Shown here in pieces: positions 48,801-64,000 of a DNA stretch of 64,000 nt. Every line of letters begins with the position of its first letter. The stretch's first letter is position 1. The notes beneath the pieces were generated by a model. The model had not been told where the DNA came from, searched no databases, and was given only the letters and a program-made list of their open reading frames with translations. A program made the translations under genes and the position numbers. Source of the stretch: the human T2T-CHM13v2.0 reference genome, Homo sapiens. The stretch lies in the NCBI RefSeq assembly GCF_009914755.1, contig NC_060946.1; one strand, written 5' to 3'.

Positions 48801-51800
48801 CGCCTGTGGGAACCAGGCCAATTCTGCAGCTGCTGGAACACAGCAGGAGAGGCTCCTGTGAGACCTTCAGTCATATCTACCTGACCACCCACCGCCACCC
48901 ACTCCTTCAAGTATGTAAGTCCCTCCCATGTGCTGTGCATGGCACCAGGCCCTGGCAACACCAGCCAAGCAACACCTGCCAAGCTAGGGGACAGTGGCCA
49001 TGGACAGGGATGGCAGCAGTGCTGAAAACTGTCCAAGGGAAATGGCAGTCACTTGTGGAACTGTCTTGTGCTGCTGCTGGCCTGTGAGCTCCAAGAGGAC
49101 AAGGGACTGTCCCTGTCACACTCACCTCTGTGTCCCAGCCCCAAGCTCAGGCCAGGCATGAGCCTGACTGACTGACCAAGGGGGACAAAGGACAGCTTGG
49201 TTAAAACCCATCACATCATGAGAAAAACCTCCATTACTGGGTAGAGATTGGGCAGCAAAGGCTGCTTTCTGCTCTAATCTCAACGTCAAAGTCTGTCCAA
49301 TGTTGACGTCTGTTTTCATAAGCGTCCAAGCATTGCTTAGGTTGTGTATTCTAAACTGTGAAAACCACCCATTTAAAAACACGTAATTCTGAAGAGTCAC
49401 GAGATTCAGGGTCAGCCAAACATGGCCAAGACAAAGGCAGCCCACACGTCGAGGGCCCTGATCTGCCCCATAGGACGACAAAGTCTATCTGAACCACAAT
49501 GGAAATGTCCACTATAGCTCAGGGGGAGGGTCACCCACCAAAGAAGGGCAGGATCTTAGGAAAACTATTTTCTCACTGGCTTAGAAGGAATTCACATGAA
49601 TATAACTCATTCCTGAAAAAGGTAGGTATACAGTGCTCTGAAGAGCAGGCTGCAGCAGCCTGTTCAGAAATCCCAGAACAGCCAAATACCATCAGAAACA
49701 CAACTCTCCCCAAAATAAGCATAAGAACCTTAAACGAAGATTACGCAATATACACCATGTCTACATTTTGTGTGTAACATCGGGGTAGGAAAAAGAGTTT
49801 TTGCCAAAAGAGAAAAAAAGTACCACACACAATTTTAGCCTCTTTGTGGGTGTTCTCTGTAATTCTTACAACCATCCTGGAAGTAGGAAATGAGCAATGC
49901 CATGTTACAGCCTAGGAAATGCTGGAGAGCACAGAGGAAGACTGCCCAAGCCCGCCCGGAGCAGTCAGGGAAGGCTCTTCCTTTCCCAGAGCAGCTCCCT
50001 AGGAAGGAGATGGAAGTCTGGATGGAGGAAAGAATCCTCCAAGCCACACCAGGCAGGGTCACAGATCTTTGTGGATGGGAGCCTGGGGTGGCTCAGCTTG
50101 GCTGGAGCCCAGGGCAGAGCTTCTCAGGAAGAGCCAGGGAGTCCAGCTGGCTGTCAACACATGCTCGTGTCTTGGCCATGCTAAAGAGTATGCTTCTATT
50201 TTGAAGGTGATGCAGAAAACTGAAGCTTCCCAGCAGGGCAGGGAGCCATCCAATCTGCTTTTCTAGATGGGCTATCTGGCAGTGGGGTGGAGACTGAGGA
50301 GTTGATGCCTTAATCCTTGCTCATGGTTCAGCAGATACTAGTTCAGTGAAAAGAAATAATTAATGGTAATTTTTAGAAACTTTAGTGAAACTAATGTGGG
50401 CCACTAACCTTCTAGGAGCCATATGTGAGCACGGTGGGGTGATAATTAAGCTGATGCGCACCCTGTCCCGAGGAGCCCATGGATGTGGGCACAGTGCTCC
50501 TGCAAGGCTGACACAGGCAGGCCATCACACGGAAAAGTCCGTTGGGGTCGGCGTGCGTGGAGGCGGCTGGGCAGCAGACAGAGCCAGTCACTGCTGCTGA
50601 GCATGAGGTGGTATTGACATTCGCTCGCTTCGTGCTTGCGCTCAGGGCACTGCTCTGCCGCCTCCTAACTGCTCTCCATACAACGCTGGCTCTAGGAGGC
50701 CCGAGGCTGGGCTCTCATATGGGGTGCCCAGGACTTAGCCCAGGGCCCGGGTCATGGCAGCTTCTAAATATGTGTCCTATAGAATTGGTATGGAAGGATG
50801 GGGAAAGTATCACTCCACATGGATGATGAATATGAAGGTGTTCTCACGTGATGAGCTGTCCTGCAGTGCTAGAGTCTGAGAGAAACCAGCCCGACTCAGA
50901 GCAAGTTGCAACAACCTACAGGGAGCGCCTTCCTGGCAGGGAACGGTAAATGTTGAGAGTCACGTGCCAACTCTTCAGGGCTAACATTCCCAGAATATTT
51001 GACACAAGATACTTATGTTCTCTTCATCTCCCCAAATACTCTTCTCAGGGGCTCTTTGTACCCACAAGATAGTGCACAGAGGTCAGACTCAGCCTGGGTT
51101 CATCCAGAAGATCTGAGCTCTAAATGCACAGACAGCTGACAGCTGTGCAGAAATCCCGCCTCCGGGGAGCTTTTGTTGAGGCAGACTCAGGCTCCAGTTC
51201 CTAAAATAAGTGGCGTCTGCCCTCCTAGCCTGGCCCCCAAGGAGCCTTCAGAGATGCAGGCAGCGGCTCTCAGCCCTGCTAGGGACAGACCTGCCATCCT
51301 GTTCCCAGAGCCTACTGAATGAAGGTAAGGGAGGCCAGGAAGCACTGGTGACACGTGAAAAGCCCCAAGGCTCACAGCCCAGGCCCTTTGGACACCAGCT
51401 CCCAGAACCAAAGAGAAGGCCTGGAAGCAGTGCCCAGAAGTGGAAAGGCAGGAGGAGGGCCCCTGGGCTCCTGCAACAAGTCAGGAAAACTTGCCAGAAG
51501 TAGCCAAGCTGCCCCATGCCCTGCCGTGAAGCCTGTGGGCGGGCCAGACCAGGCTCTGACTTGCTGAGGGAGCGACCCACCTGGGGAACTGCCTCCACTT
51601 GGCCCCCGCCACTGTAATCCCACACGACTTCCCATTTTGCTCCAAAACTGGCCCTTAGCTCCAAAAAGGTCAAGGTCCTCAGCACTCTGTAAGACCACAC
51701 TCATTCAGGCTCCAGACTTGGTTCCAACCTGGAATGCCATCCCTTCTACTTGTTCCCAATTCTTGGCCCAACCCTACTCAGCCACAGGCCTCCTCTGCTG

Positions 51801-53848
51801 ACTCTGCCCAGCAGACCATGTTACTGAGAGGCAGAGCTGGGGGTGGTCCCTCCTGCTCTCATACTCCATAAGCATCTTCTTTGTGGGAACTGGATCCCCT
51901 CTCCCCTCTTCCTCTTTTTATTTTTCCCCTATATCTACAGGGTTGGGGGAATGCAGGAGGTACTCCTTCCGAATATGCATTAAATAGCTCTATTCAGTAT
52001 CATGTCCCTGTGGGTAACCTCTCCTCCCACAGGTCAGTATGGGTTCCTTCATTCGTCCAGCAAGCATCCAAGTGCAGCAACGTCCACTACCCCATGCTGC
52101 CTTTCCTGCCCTTCCCCCTGGGCAAACCTAGCAAATCCTACGGCACCTGGCATGATGACCTGCCTAGTGTCTACCTTATTCCTCCAAATGTCACAGCCAA
52201 AGGCTCCTGGAGGACAGGGCCACACAGAAGATGGCTCTGGAATGACATATTCCAGTTAGTATCTTTTGGTGGGAAGGAGTAAAATTAAACACAAAAAACT
52301 TTTCCACCTCAAGACCACAAGGCTTTCTTTGGAAAAGTGTCCTTCCATGGGAAAGAGGAACTTGCTACCTGCCTGGGAAGATGTGCAGTTGGCAGTGTGC
52401 ACCTGAGTCTCTCAGATCCCAGCAGGCCATCACTGAGCAGTCACTCCGCCACTCAACGAACATCCGTCATGGAGAAGGCGGACGACCACAGCACTGCGGA
52501 GTTGATACCAGCTGGAGAGTAATTTCAGGGACAGCATCACAAGCTGAGCAGAGCCCGCCTGAGCATTTTCAGGCAAAAGGAGATGTTCTTGTCTACTGAC
52601 ATTATTGCAGTTGAGAATTTAACAGGGAGCATAAGAGCTTAATTACTGGACTTGTTAAAGCTAGTTGATTTAATATATGCTGACAATATACACTGGCAAC
52701 GTTCACCTGAATGTTTTTTAACAAGCAGCTGAAGAATTCTGTAATAGCACTATATTTAGCTACATAATTTTCCCAGCAGTTTCTGCCACCAAGTGGGTAA
52801 TGAAGACAATGTCGCCAAGGGCACCGCAGGAACAGACATTGACTGTGCACACCGACTCCCTCAGCTCCCGTGTCAGAGGGAAGGGCCCCCACCAGCCTTG
52901 CCCTGATGCCCTAAAACACTTAACGTTTATTCATTCTTTTAACCCTCACAATACTAGGATATGGGTACCGTTATTACCCCCATCTTATAGATTGGGAAAT
53001 GAAGGCAAAGAAAAATCAGTAACTTGCCCAAAGCCATACACAGAAGTAAGTGATCAGGTCAGCAGTCAAACCCAGACCTCCTGGCTCCAAAGCAATGTCT
53101 TCACCTGTCCCCATTGCCTCTCCTGGCCTATCCCTCACAAGGAAGGGCCTTTTGAGTGTGCTTGTCCTGTCTGCACCACCACCAAGCTCAAGGCAGGGAA
53201 TGATTGGTGCCAGCCAGCAATGTCACTACAGTTACAAAAAAGAGGCTCCCCATAACTGGAAAGGTTTCTATCTATAGTTTTGGTTCAGTGTTGAGAACAA
53301 GGGCCTGCACTTCTAAAGGCTGGAGAGCTCACAGGAAGGCTCTCACAGCTGCTGCCAGCTCCATAAGCGCTCCTGCACTAATGAGGCCACAGCCTCTCTG
53401 GGGGGGCCAGCCAGCGGGACCTGATTACTGTGAACCTGTACCTGCAAGCGGGGGCAAAGGCAGTCCTGAATTCTAGCACTATTCCAGGGGCACCTCCAAA
53501 CCACGTCGTGTAACTGCTGGTCCTGCTTCATCTAGTTTCACGGCCAACCTCCTGCCATGCTGTGAGATGTGGCTGGCGACCTGTTTGGCTGTCACTGCTC
53601 CTGTCACTCTTGCTGTCTTAAGTGAAATATTTCTCAGGCAGATGTGCCTCTCCGGCTGCTGAAATTTGAGCTGGGTGCCCCCCTCACCCCTCCAGAAGGA
53701 TGCCACCAGCCGAGGGGTGGCAGCAGAGAGGACCTGCATGCTCTGTGCCTTTCCACATTTATTTCTGCTGTGGCAGAAGCCAGCTTCTGGAGTGCAGGAA
53801 CTCAGTCTGTCACATCCCTTGCCTAGCACACTACAGGTACTCAGTTAA

Positions 53849-54373
<525 letters not shown>

Positions 54374-54966
54374 GATGGACTTTCCATTAACTAGCAGGAA
54401 GGAAAAGTAAGTGGGACTCAGGAACAACACCCTCCGCCTCCACAAAAAAACAAAAATAATCCAATCAGGAAGAGGGCCACTCATGGGTACAGACTGGCGG
54501 CAGATGCTCCAGCAAGTTTGAAGGCATTTGGCCCTCTGGCCACTTGCCTGTGTTGTCCAGCATGATGTCAAATCACAGCCCTCCTTGTTTCTACATAAAA
54601 CTCAACAGTAAAGTGCCTCGTAGGATAAGCTGAGCAATTAGTGTCTGTCTCTCCCACTCACACCATGGCAAACATAAAAAGGAAGGTGATCCCCAAGACC
54701 TTTCATAAACACCCCTAACCTCTTTAAGTATCAGCCTTTCCTAGCAAGGTAAGTTCACTGCCTTCGATGATGGCTAAGGCATACCTGAACTGCCTAAAAA
54801 CAAGTGTCCAAACCTTTTCTGCTGCTATCTAGGTCTGACTACAAATGCATGGCTGGTTTGGGGGTATGTTCACCTCAGTTCCCAACCTCCACCAAAAAAA
54901 CCAAAGGGCCTGCCAGACACTATTGGCCTGGCCACTTCATTCACTGGAAGAAAGCAGGTGCATTAC

Positions 54967-55026
54967 CTCCCAGAAGCTGTCGCTGGACACTTCTACTCCA
55001 ACGGAATCATCATATGTGACAGACAT
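54967..55026 (-). CDS. PACSIN2: PACSIN2 exon 2 coding part ([20 protein letters not shown])
   Basis: ATG at 55026-55024. Donor GAG|gtaatg. 60 nt, phase 0. Confidence 0.96.
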
Positions 55027-55103
55027 TTTTTCAAAGGCTGAGGGAGCAGCAAAGTATACTTAGTCAGGGGTCAACTTCGAACGCTCAAAATCTGTAGACA
55101 AAC
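55027..55103 (-). other. PACSIN2: PACSIN2 exon 2, 5' UTR portion (77 nt)
   Basis: Acceptor tttttcatttatag|G at 55104/55103. No upstream ATG in this exon. Confidence 0.85.
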
Positions 55104-56094
55104 CTATAAATGAAAAACATATAACATAGTGGTTTTTAAATTCCCAAGGTAAAGAAACAAGTCATCTCTATTTCACAACTTCCCGTTTCTAATCACTGCC
55201 TTCAGTACAGGGCGGTCTATAATATTTCCTTTAGGTGGCAGAAAGCCAGTAGACTCTAATCAACTCTGGGCACATATGTGTATGTCTGTGTGTGTGCATG
55301 GTGGGTGATGGGGGCGAGGGGTGCATGTGCATAAAAGGCAGAGTCCTTGGATCTCTGGGCTTGCCCATCCCGACCTACTCTACCTAACTGGTAGGGCTAG
55401 GACCCGGGATAAAACGTGAGTGGAGGTAATCCCACCTTTGACACCCTACTCCCCTCTCCAGAGTGGCTACCACATTCCACTTGTGTGAGCACTGTCCCCA
55501 CTCAACTCCACCTTTACTGACTCCGCCACTGAAGCCACAAATTCAGACCAGTTTGTTCTGACACTGTCTGTGTGTGGCTCAGCTGGAAAGCTAAATGGAT
55601 CACTTCTGAATAACAGACTCAGCAATCTACAATCCAGGCAAGGGTAAAGGCGGCAATTATTTCCCCTGTTGGAGGGAAGAAACTGAAGGACTCCCATAAG
55701 CACAAACCACACCTTGCTAGTGTGATGACCTGTCCGCAGCCGAGATGAAACTGTCTGACTTTTTGGTAAAAAGGTGACCCCACCTTTCTTTACCTTACCC
55801 TGTGTTCAGATCACACAGCCAGAGATCCAAGACCTTCCTCACTGCCACAGTCAACAGTCTAAAGCCTTAGCTTAGCAACAGGAAGGGGTGAGACAGAATG
55901 GCCAACTTGTTTTGAGCACCAACAAGGCACAAGACTTTGTTCTAGGTCCTGTTTCATATGTAATCACATGAATCTTCATGATTCTCTGTGACACAGCCTG
56001 GAATTGGAGCAAGAAACACAGACTCCAGAGTCAGACTACCTAGGCTTAAATCCCAGACCCATTACTTATGAGGTGGGCAACAGTGGGCAAGTTA

Positions 56095-56468
<374 letters not shown>

Positions 56469-57185
56469 CTACAACACAGAATTGCTGCAAGTCAAATATA
56501 TACAAGAGCTTAGAACAATACTTGGCCCTTAGTAAGTGCTACGAACTTACTAAGTACTGTTATACACCCTTAGTAAGTGCTACGAACATAGTAAATAATG
56601 AATTATTGTTGCCACTATTATTATTGCATAGTAATTATGATTACTATCATTACTTCTGTCTCTATTTTAAAGTCAAGACAATTGATGTTCAGTAATTTGC
56701 CCACGGTTGTCCAAGTAATGGCTGGTGGAGACTAGTATTTGACACCAGCTCTGCCTGCTTGCTAAGGTAATATTCTCTCCATTACACCAAGATGTTTTCC
56801 AAAAACAATCTCAAAGTTAAGTAAATCAGGCTTCCTACAACCTAAAATTGGATTGCTAATTAAAAGGGCTTAATCTGGTGGATTGCAGAGCTCCTAAAGG
56901 TAAACACACTGCTGTGCAGCAACAGAGACAAAGTCCACAACAGATAACGGTACTTCAAAGCCAAGTCCTCCAAAGACATTGCCGCTGTGAGGAGACTGTT
57001 GCAGGACTAAGATGCATGCACGCTCCTAACCAGGCTCTCATGGAGAGAACTCCAGTGAGGGGTTCTCCCACACTGGTTAGGGCTCTGCTCCATAATCATA
57101 GGGGCAGCGTGTCATCTGAACCACTAGGATTCACAGAGGCTGGACAGGCCACCTGGCCTGGGCCCTGATGCCACCTCTCACAGTA

Positions 57186-58113
57186 ATTTTTTTTTTTAGG
57201 TGGAATCTGGCTCTGTTGCCCGGGCTGGAGTGCAGTAGTGCAATCTCAGCTCACTAAAACCTCTGCTTCCCAGGTTCAAGCAACTCTAGTGCCTCAGCCT
57301 CCCCAGTAGCTGGGATTACAGGCATGTGCCACCACGCTCGGCTAATTTTTGTATTTTTTAGTAGAGATGGGGTTTCCACCATGTTGGCCAGGCTGGTTTC
57401 AAACTCCTGACCTCAAGTGATCCACCCACCTTGCCCTCCCGAAGTGCTGGGATTACAGGTGTGAGCCTTTTTTCTATGGAATCCTATGCTGCTAGCCAGG
57501 GCCCTCCTGGAGTCGCCTCACCCCATGTTTCAGCAGGAGAAAGTTTTCTACCCAGAGCAGCTGGTCTCTGCTCTAGGCTTCTCAGGGAATAGCAGGGCTT
57601 TGGGCTCAGGTGAGTCTCAAAGTGGCCCAATCAAGCCACCAGCTGGGCTGCCTGGCCAGCCATGGGAGCAGCTGCAGGGAAGAGCAGGCCCCTGCTCCGG
57701 ACTGAGAGGCAGCTTGACACCTGAGCCACTTGGGCAGAGGAATTCAGATTCTGTCTGGATGCAGCTGTGGTCTTGACACAGTTCTGCACAAGACTGATTG
57801 ATTGACTGACTGGTGGTTGACTGACTGACAAAGCGTCTTGTCTGTCATCCAAGCTGGAGTGCAGTGGCATGATCACACAGCTCACTGCAGCCTCGAACTC
57901 ATGGGCTCAAGCAATCCTCTCGCCTCAGCCTCCTGAGTAGCTGGGACTACAGGCACGTGCTGCCAGGCCCAGCTAATTAAAAAAAAAATTTATGTGTGGA
58001 AACTGGGGTCTCACTGTTGCCCAGACTGGTCTCAAACTCCTGGGCTCAAGCGTTCCTCCTGCCTTGGCCTCCCAAATTGCTGAGATTACATGGATGAGCC
58101 ACCACACCGGGCC
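57186..58113 (-). mobile_element. Two Alus (57186-57467; 57792-58113 with a GACT/GATT-repeat tail)
   Basis: Reverse dimers. Confidence 0.9.
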
Positions 58114-60270
58114 TAAGATTTAAGAGCCCACTAAGTGCCAGGAGCCAAGGAGAGGCTCAGCACAGTGGGCAGCCTTTAGGAGTAAGAGCCTGAATCACTG
58201 AGGAGAGAGGTAATATAACCAAGATTCTGGGTCTGCCAAGGGCATCAGACAGGACATATGCTCTTAGCTGACCAAAAGGAACAAGGAGCAACCAGCAAGG
58301 GGAAGGGACATTCTCCGGTTACATGGTGGCAGAGCTGGGAAAGGCCCATACTTATTCACTTTCCTTCTGTCTGGGACCAGGATCTCATCATAGCACTGCA
58401 CTCAGCAACAGTGACATCCTGTAGAATGCCTTCAGGTGCAATGAGGGACAAGCGTACCCCACGGGTATCCCCTGTGGCCACAGCTCAATCTGTAATAACA
58501 TCAGCTCAACTATCCCCATGTGCATTACTTAAGAGTTCATCTTAATGCTCAGCCAGCTCCTCCCTGCCACAAATCTGTCACCTTCCAACTTAGACATTCT
58601 CCGAGATTATATACATCTTTATTAATTTAAGTAAAACAGAATTAGGAAGACAAATCTTTTTATAAAATGCACAAGGCATTTCAGACCCAACAGAAATTAC
58701 TTTAGGAAGCTCTGCACCACCACTTCAGTTCTTGAGCTGGAATAATTCACAATCAACTACTTTCATCTGAACCCTCTAAGCACATCTTATACAAGGTCTC
58801 ACTGAACTGTGCAGTCAGAATCTAGCAAAGATATCCGAAGCCCTAAGGCGACACTGAGGCAAGATATAGAAAACCCAAAAAGACAGAGACTGTGAGGGGA
58901 AGAAATGAAAGTCTCCTGCCCAAAGAGTCAGTGACGTAATGCAGACGAGGTGCCTGTGGGGAAGGCCTGGGATGGTGGAAGGCGGGAAATCCGAGCTCTA
59001 CCACTGGCCAGCTGGGTGACCGCAGAAAGCCATGTAATTTCTCTGAACCCCAGTTCCTGAGCTGTGCTTTACCAGGTTTCAGTGAAGGTTAAATGAGATG
59101 AAGGTCTCAGTACCCCCAGGTCACAGGCCGTGGCACGGCCTACCTCAATGGGAGCATTGTTCTTGGCCGGCACCCTGGGCTTCAAAGTGTCCTTGCTACT
59201 TCCTTCAGCTCCACAGTCACAAGGAATGCAGGTAAAGGGGAGGACCTGGGGGACAAGAATCTGCACCACAAAGAAAACCCAACTGATTGTACAACCATGG
59301 CCAATCTGGGAACTCATTTCTGATGTTCACAGAGCAACAACCTGGGGTGGGGGTGGGGATGGGGGGTGGGGAAGGGGGGCCTTGAGGGCAGGCACCGAGC
59401 TGAGTTCTCAATGACAACTCCCAAGTCCCCTCTCTCCTGCCCCTGCTCCGGGATATGAGCAGCAGGGGCCCTGTCCAACCACCTCACCCCTCCCACGGCA
59501 CGCCGCACCAGCCTCAGCGTATGGGACTCTCCTGGCTCCCCGCTCTCACCCTGACAAGCCTCCCTTTCCTCCCCCAACTGCTTGCACACCTTGCAGTCCG
59601 CTCTATGGCTCCTCCCATCCCTCCCAGCACTGATCTCTGGAACTCCCATGACTTCAAACGGCATCCATGTGCAGGGACACACCAGCAGCTCTCAAGAGGC
59701 AGCCTCTCAACCCAATAAGGTGATTTCCTCGCAGGCATGGAGAAGGCCCAGCAGTGACGAAGTCACCTGGCATACATCTGACACCCTAAAAGTGATAGCC
59801 ATTGTTCTTAGAATCACCACAGCAAGCCACCCGAAGGTACTCGGAAATGTTGGTGACTGGGGCTGGGTTTGATTTTTGTTTTCCTGTCATTGTTGCTACT
59901 GGGATAAGCACTTTTGGTGACGCTGCCACCTGCCACTGTGACCTTGCCACCAGCCCTCCCTTCTTCAACAGCAAAGAAGCCAGTCATACCCACCCCTATG
60001 GCGACTCCTCATGTGCCAGACACTGCGCCCCATGCACTACACGCGTGCACTCCATTTAGTCCTAACAACTCTATGGGGTAGCGGTTTCGCCATGGGCATT
60101 GTCAAAGCAAGGAACCTGGGGCATACAAAGGGTTGGAGCTTGCCCAAGCAGCGGAGTTGAGACCTTAATAAAGGCAGGCTGACAGCAGTCATGCTCTTAA
60201 CCACTGATCTTAACCACCTCAGTGCTGAGTTCAAATCTTCTAGAACATATAACATGAAAAACTAAATATC

Positions 60271-60868
60271 GGTCAGACACGGTGGCTCACACCTGTAATC
60301 CCAGCACTTTGAGAGGACAAGGCAGAAGGAATGCCTAAGCCCAGGAGCTCAAGACCAGCCTGGGCAACATAGTGAGATCCCATCTCTACAAAAAGTAGAA
60401 ATTAAAAAAAATTAGCCAAGCATGGTGGCACGCACCTGTGGTCCCAGCTACTCAGGAGGCTGAGGCGAGAGGATTGCTTGAGCCCAGTAGGTCAAGGCTG
60501 CAGTGAGCTATTATTGTGCCACTGCACTCCTGCCTGGGCAACAGAGCAAGACCCTATCTCAAAAAAACCAACCAAACAAAAAAAAAAGTGAACACGCACT
60601 GCTCTGCGGTGTGCCGTGATGAACTACTGCTATAGTCCTATTTCCAGGCACAGTCTGTCGATCTTGGCCTTTCAGAAGATGTTAGTAAGCCATGGTGGTT
60701 TAATCTGCATTTCCCTCACTGATTGGTACTCTTTTCTTTTTCTTTTTCTTTTTAGAGATGGGATCTCACTATGTTGCCCCGGCTGGCCTTTAACTCCTGG
60801 GCTCAAGGGATCCTCCTGCCTCAGCCTCCCAAGTAGCTAGGACTACAGAGTGTGTGCCACTGCCTGGC
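60271..60868. mobile_element. AluJ-like plus (60271-60587) and FLAM-like minus monomer (60731-60868)
   Basis: Alu sequence in opposite orientations. Confidence 0.88.
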
Positions 60869-62438
60869 TATGCTCTATCTTTTTATGCCTTAATGGTGCC
60901 ATTTGTTGCACGGGAACACTCAGTCCCAGGGCAACTGTATTTAAATATAATGTTTACTGCACCAATATTATCCCCACTTGCCTGGCAGAATCGTGGTGAG
61001 GGTCAACTGAGAAGGATGTGAAAATGCTTTGTAAAGTAAAAATGTCCTTTGCAGGTAACAGTTGCTATGGTGGGCATGACCCCATCCTGAGTAGGAACCA
61101 GCTGCACACCAGGGCCACTGCAGACAGGCCACACCCTAGAATAGCCATGCTCAACCTCATAGGGAGTCCAAGGAGCTAGAAGAGCTGCCTCATGGCACCA
61201 TGCAGTGTTCTAAAGCTATTTGATGACTGAATTATATCCCCCAAAGACAGCTATATTGCCTGGAGTCTGCCATGTTTGCATCAAACCAAGCAAGACTGCT
61301 CCACCTGGGAGCCCAAGCTACAAATTTTCTAGAAGTGGGATAAACCACCATCCAAGCAGCTACCAGCTACTCAGTACCTCTCAGCACCAACAGATGGGTG
61401 AGGTGAACTTCAGATATATTATTTTTGTACCTCAAAAATCCTATAAAAGATGTATTATTGTTTCCATTTGATGAAAAGGCAACCAAGATACAGATAATTC
61501 AAATCACTGGTCACAGACCCATAGCTCTTAAGTGCTAGGCTGAGACTCAACCCAGACCATCAGACTCCACGCTGCCCAACTCCAACAAGACACCACATGC
61601 CCAGCTACCAGGCATTTCCAGAATCCGGCAATCTCTGGCAGCGAAAAGAAGAAAGGGCAGGAGGATTCTCCAGAGTCCCACCACCTGCCAGGGAGGCTGG
61701 AGCCTCAGGGCTTCCACATTGACCCTGATCTCTACCACATCCCCAAAGGCGCTGGGCCTGTCAGGAAGTACTACTATAATTTTTTTTTGACACACACATG
61801 TCCTTAACCATAAAAATGAATCTGCTTGCAGCACCCTCTCAGCTGAAGAAACACATAAGCTGAGGAGACTGAGAGGCTTCTGAGAGCGATTGTTTCTTCA
61901 AAACGAGGTCAGGTAGGGCATGTTTCCTGGCTCTGCTTCATTCATTCTTCCAGGTTGAGCCGACTACAACGACCTTTACCATACCTGTGCACACGTATGG
62001 GACAAGCTGCTCTTTAATGCCAAACAGTGCTGGAGCCTTTGGAAATCAATTTATTAATGCAAAAAATATGTAAAATGTGTATTTAATAATTAATTGGGGG
62101 CTTCTCATCTGGAAGGTAAAGTTCCTGGGAAGAGAGTGTGATATTGAGTCGAAAATGAGTCTCAGCTCCACCTCTGTAATTCAGCTATTTGTCCCCTCTG
62201 AGAGCCACTGTCCTTGTCTGTAAGGCAGTACAACATGGGCTCTCATTACCTCCCAGGGTATTAAGAGGCTCGGGGCGACAGCTGTGAAAGAATTTTGAGA
62301 AAGTGCAAAGTGACAGACAAATGAGTCATCCCTGGTCTTTCCAAGGACAGGGACTCATCTGGCACTTCTTTTGCACATTTCAGACTGTCTGGCACCCAGT
62401 GGTTGACTGATTATTTCTTCCTAAAGAAACTGAACTCA

Positions 62439-63104
<666 letters not shown>

Positions 63105-63713
63105 GAAACTGAGCTCCAATACCGGAATTCAATGCTGAATGAGTTCTGTGAACTCTGAACAAGGGCTACACGTGAGGGAGACTGTTCCTGCACACACTCC
63201 AGACCTGAACTCACTCTCACGGGCTACCCTGGGTGCCATGCAAGATGAATCAGAAGCATGCCATCCGAATTCCAACAAGTGATTTTGAAATAAACTTTTA
63301 GAATGGGGTGGTGTGTGCTGAGTTATTCTGGATTCTTTCCCATCACAATGGCAAAAACATGTAAGAAAATATGTTTCCCATGTAGTTCCTCTGAATTTAT
63401 TTCTTTTCCAAAATAATGACATTACAGCATGGCTATTTTAGTGTCACTTTTTGGAAAGAAACAAATTCAAGGGAGGCAAACATACCTCCTTCTCCTTCCT
63501 CCCAAAGGCCTGCTGAATTAAGAGGTGGAAGCTGTAACAACGCAGAAACAAGGCCGCACCGCCCATGGTGGAGGACGTGCTGGAAGAGAGCAGCCAGGTG
63601 TGCACCAGGAGAAGAAAACCACCTAAAAACGCCAGTGCTGGAGACAGGCCTTGGCAGGGTAGGAACGCCAAGCTCAGGGTTGAGAAATGCAAAGTTGTGA
63701 GTGGCAGGGGTGA

Positions 63714-63986
<273 letters not shown>

Positions 63987-64000
63987 TGTGCCTGCTCCAG

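Noticed and set aside
50625-50636. gctcgcttcg resembling the U6 snRNA 5' end
   Set aside because: Only ~10 nt match and it does not continue into U6.

Overview
Human (primate) genomic DNA, recognisable from its encoded proteins as the PACSIN2-ARFGAP3 locus (chr22q13). Both genes are on the minus strand. The window holds all 10 canonical coding exons of PACSIN2/syndapin II, which I spliced by hand to 1461 nt (486 aa: F-BAR, three NPF motifs, SH3), plus its ~1.6-kb 3' UTR and poly(A) signal. Its non-coding exon 1 lies beyond the right edge. About 12.5 kb downstream are the CpG-island promoter and first coding exon of ARFGAP3 at the left edge. The rest is Alu-rich intron and intergenic DNA with THE1 and MLT1 LTRs, Tigger2, old L1, L2 and MIR remnants. 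Almost all ORFs in the supplied track are spurious. The most notable observations are: (1) a 6-nt in-frame microexon (GATGAA = Asp-Glu) in intron 7 with SRRM4-type architecture; (2) a ~165-bp non-Alu inverted repeat in intron 2; (3) a perfect (CCCTAA)5 interstitial telomeric repeat; (4) an ARE+CLEAR composite site in the CpG-rich 3' UTR; (5) inverted Alus bracketing the phase-symmetric exon 3-4 block; (6) several retrotransposition or repair scars. I found no evidence for a wholly new multi-gene system. Repeat boundaries and families are by eye and approximate.
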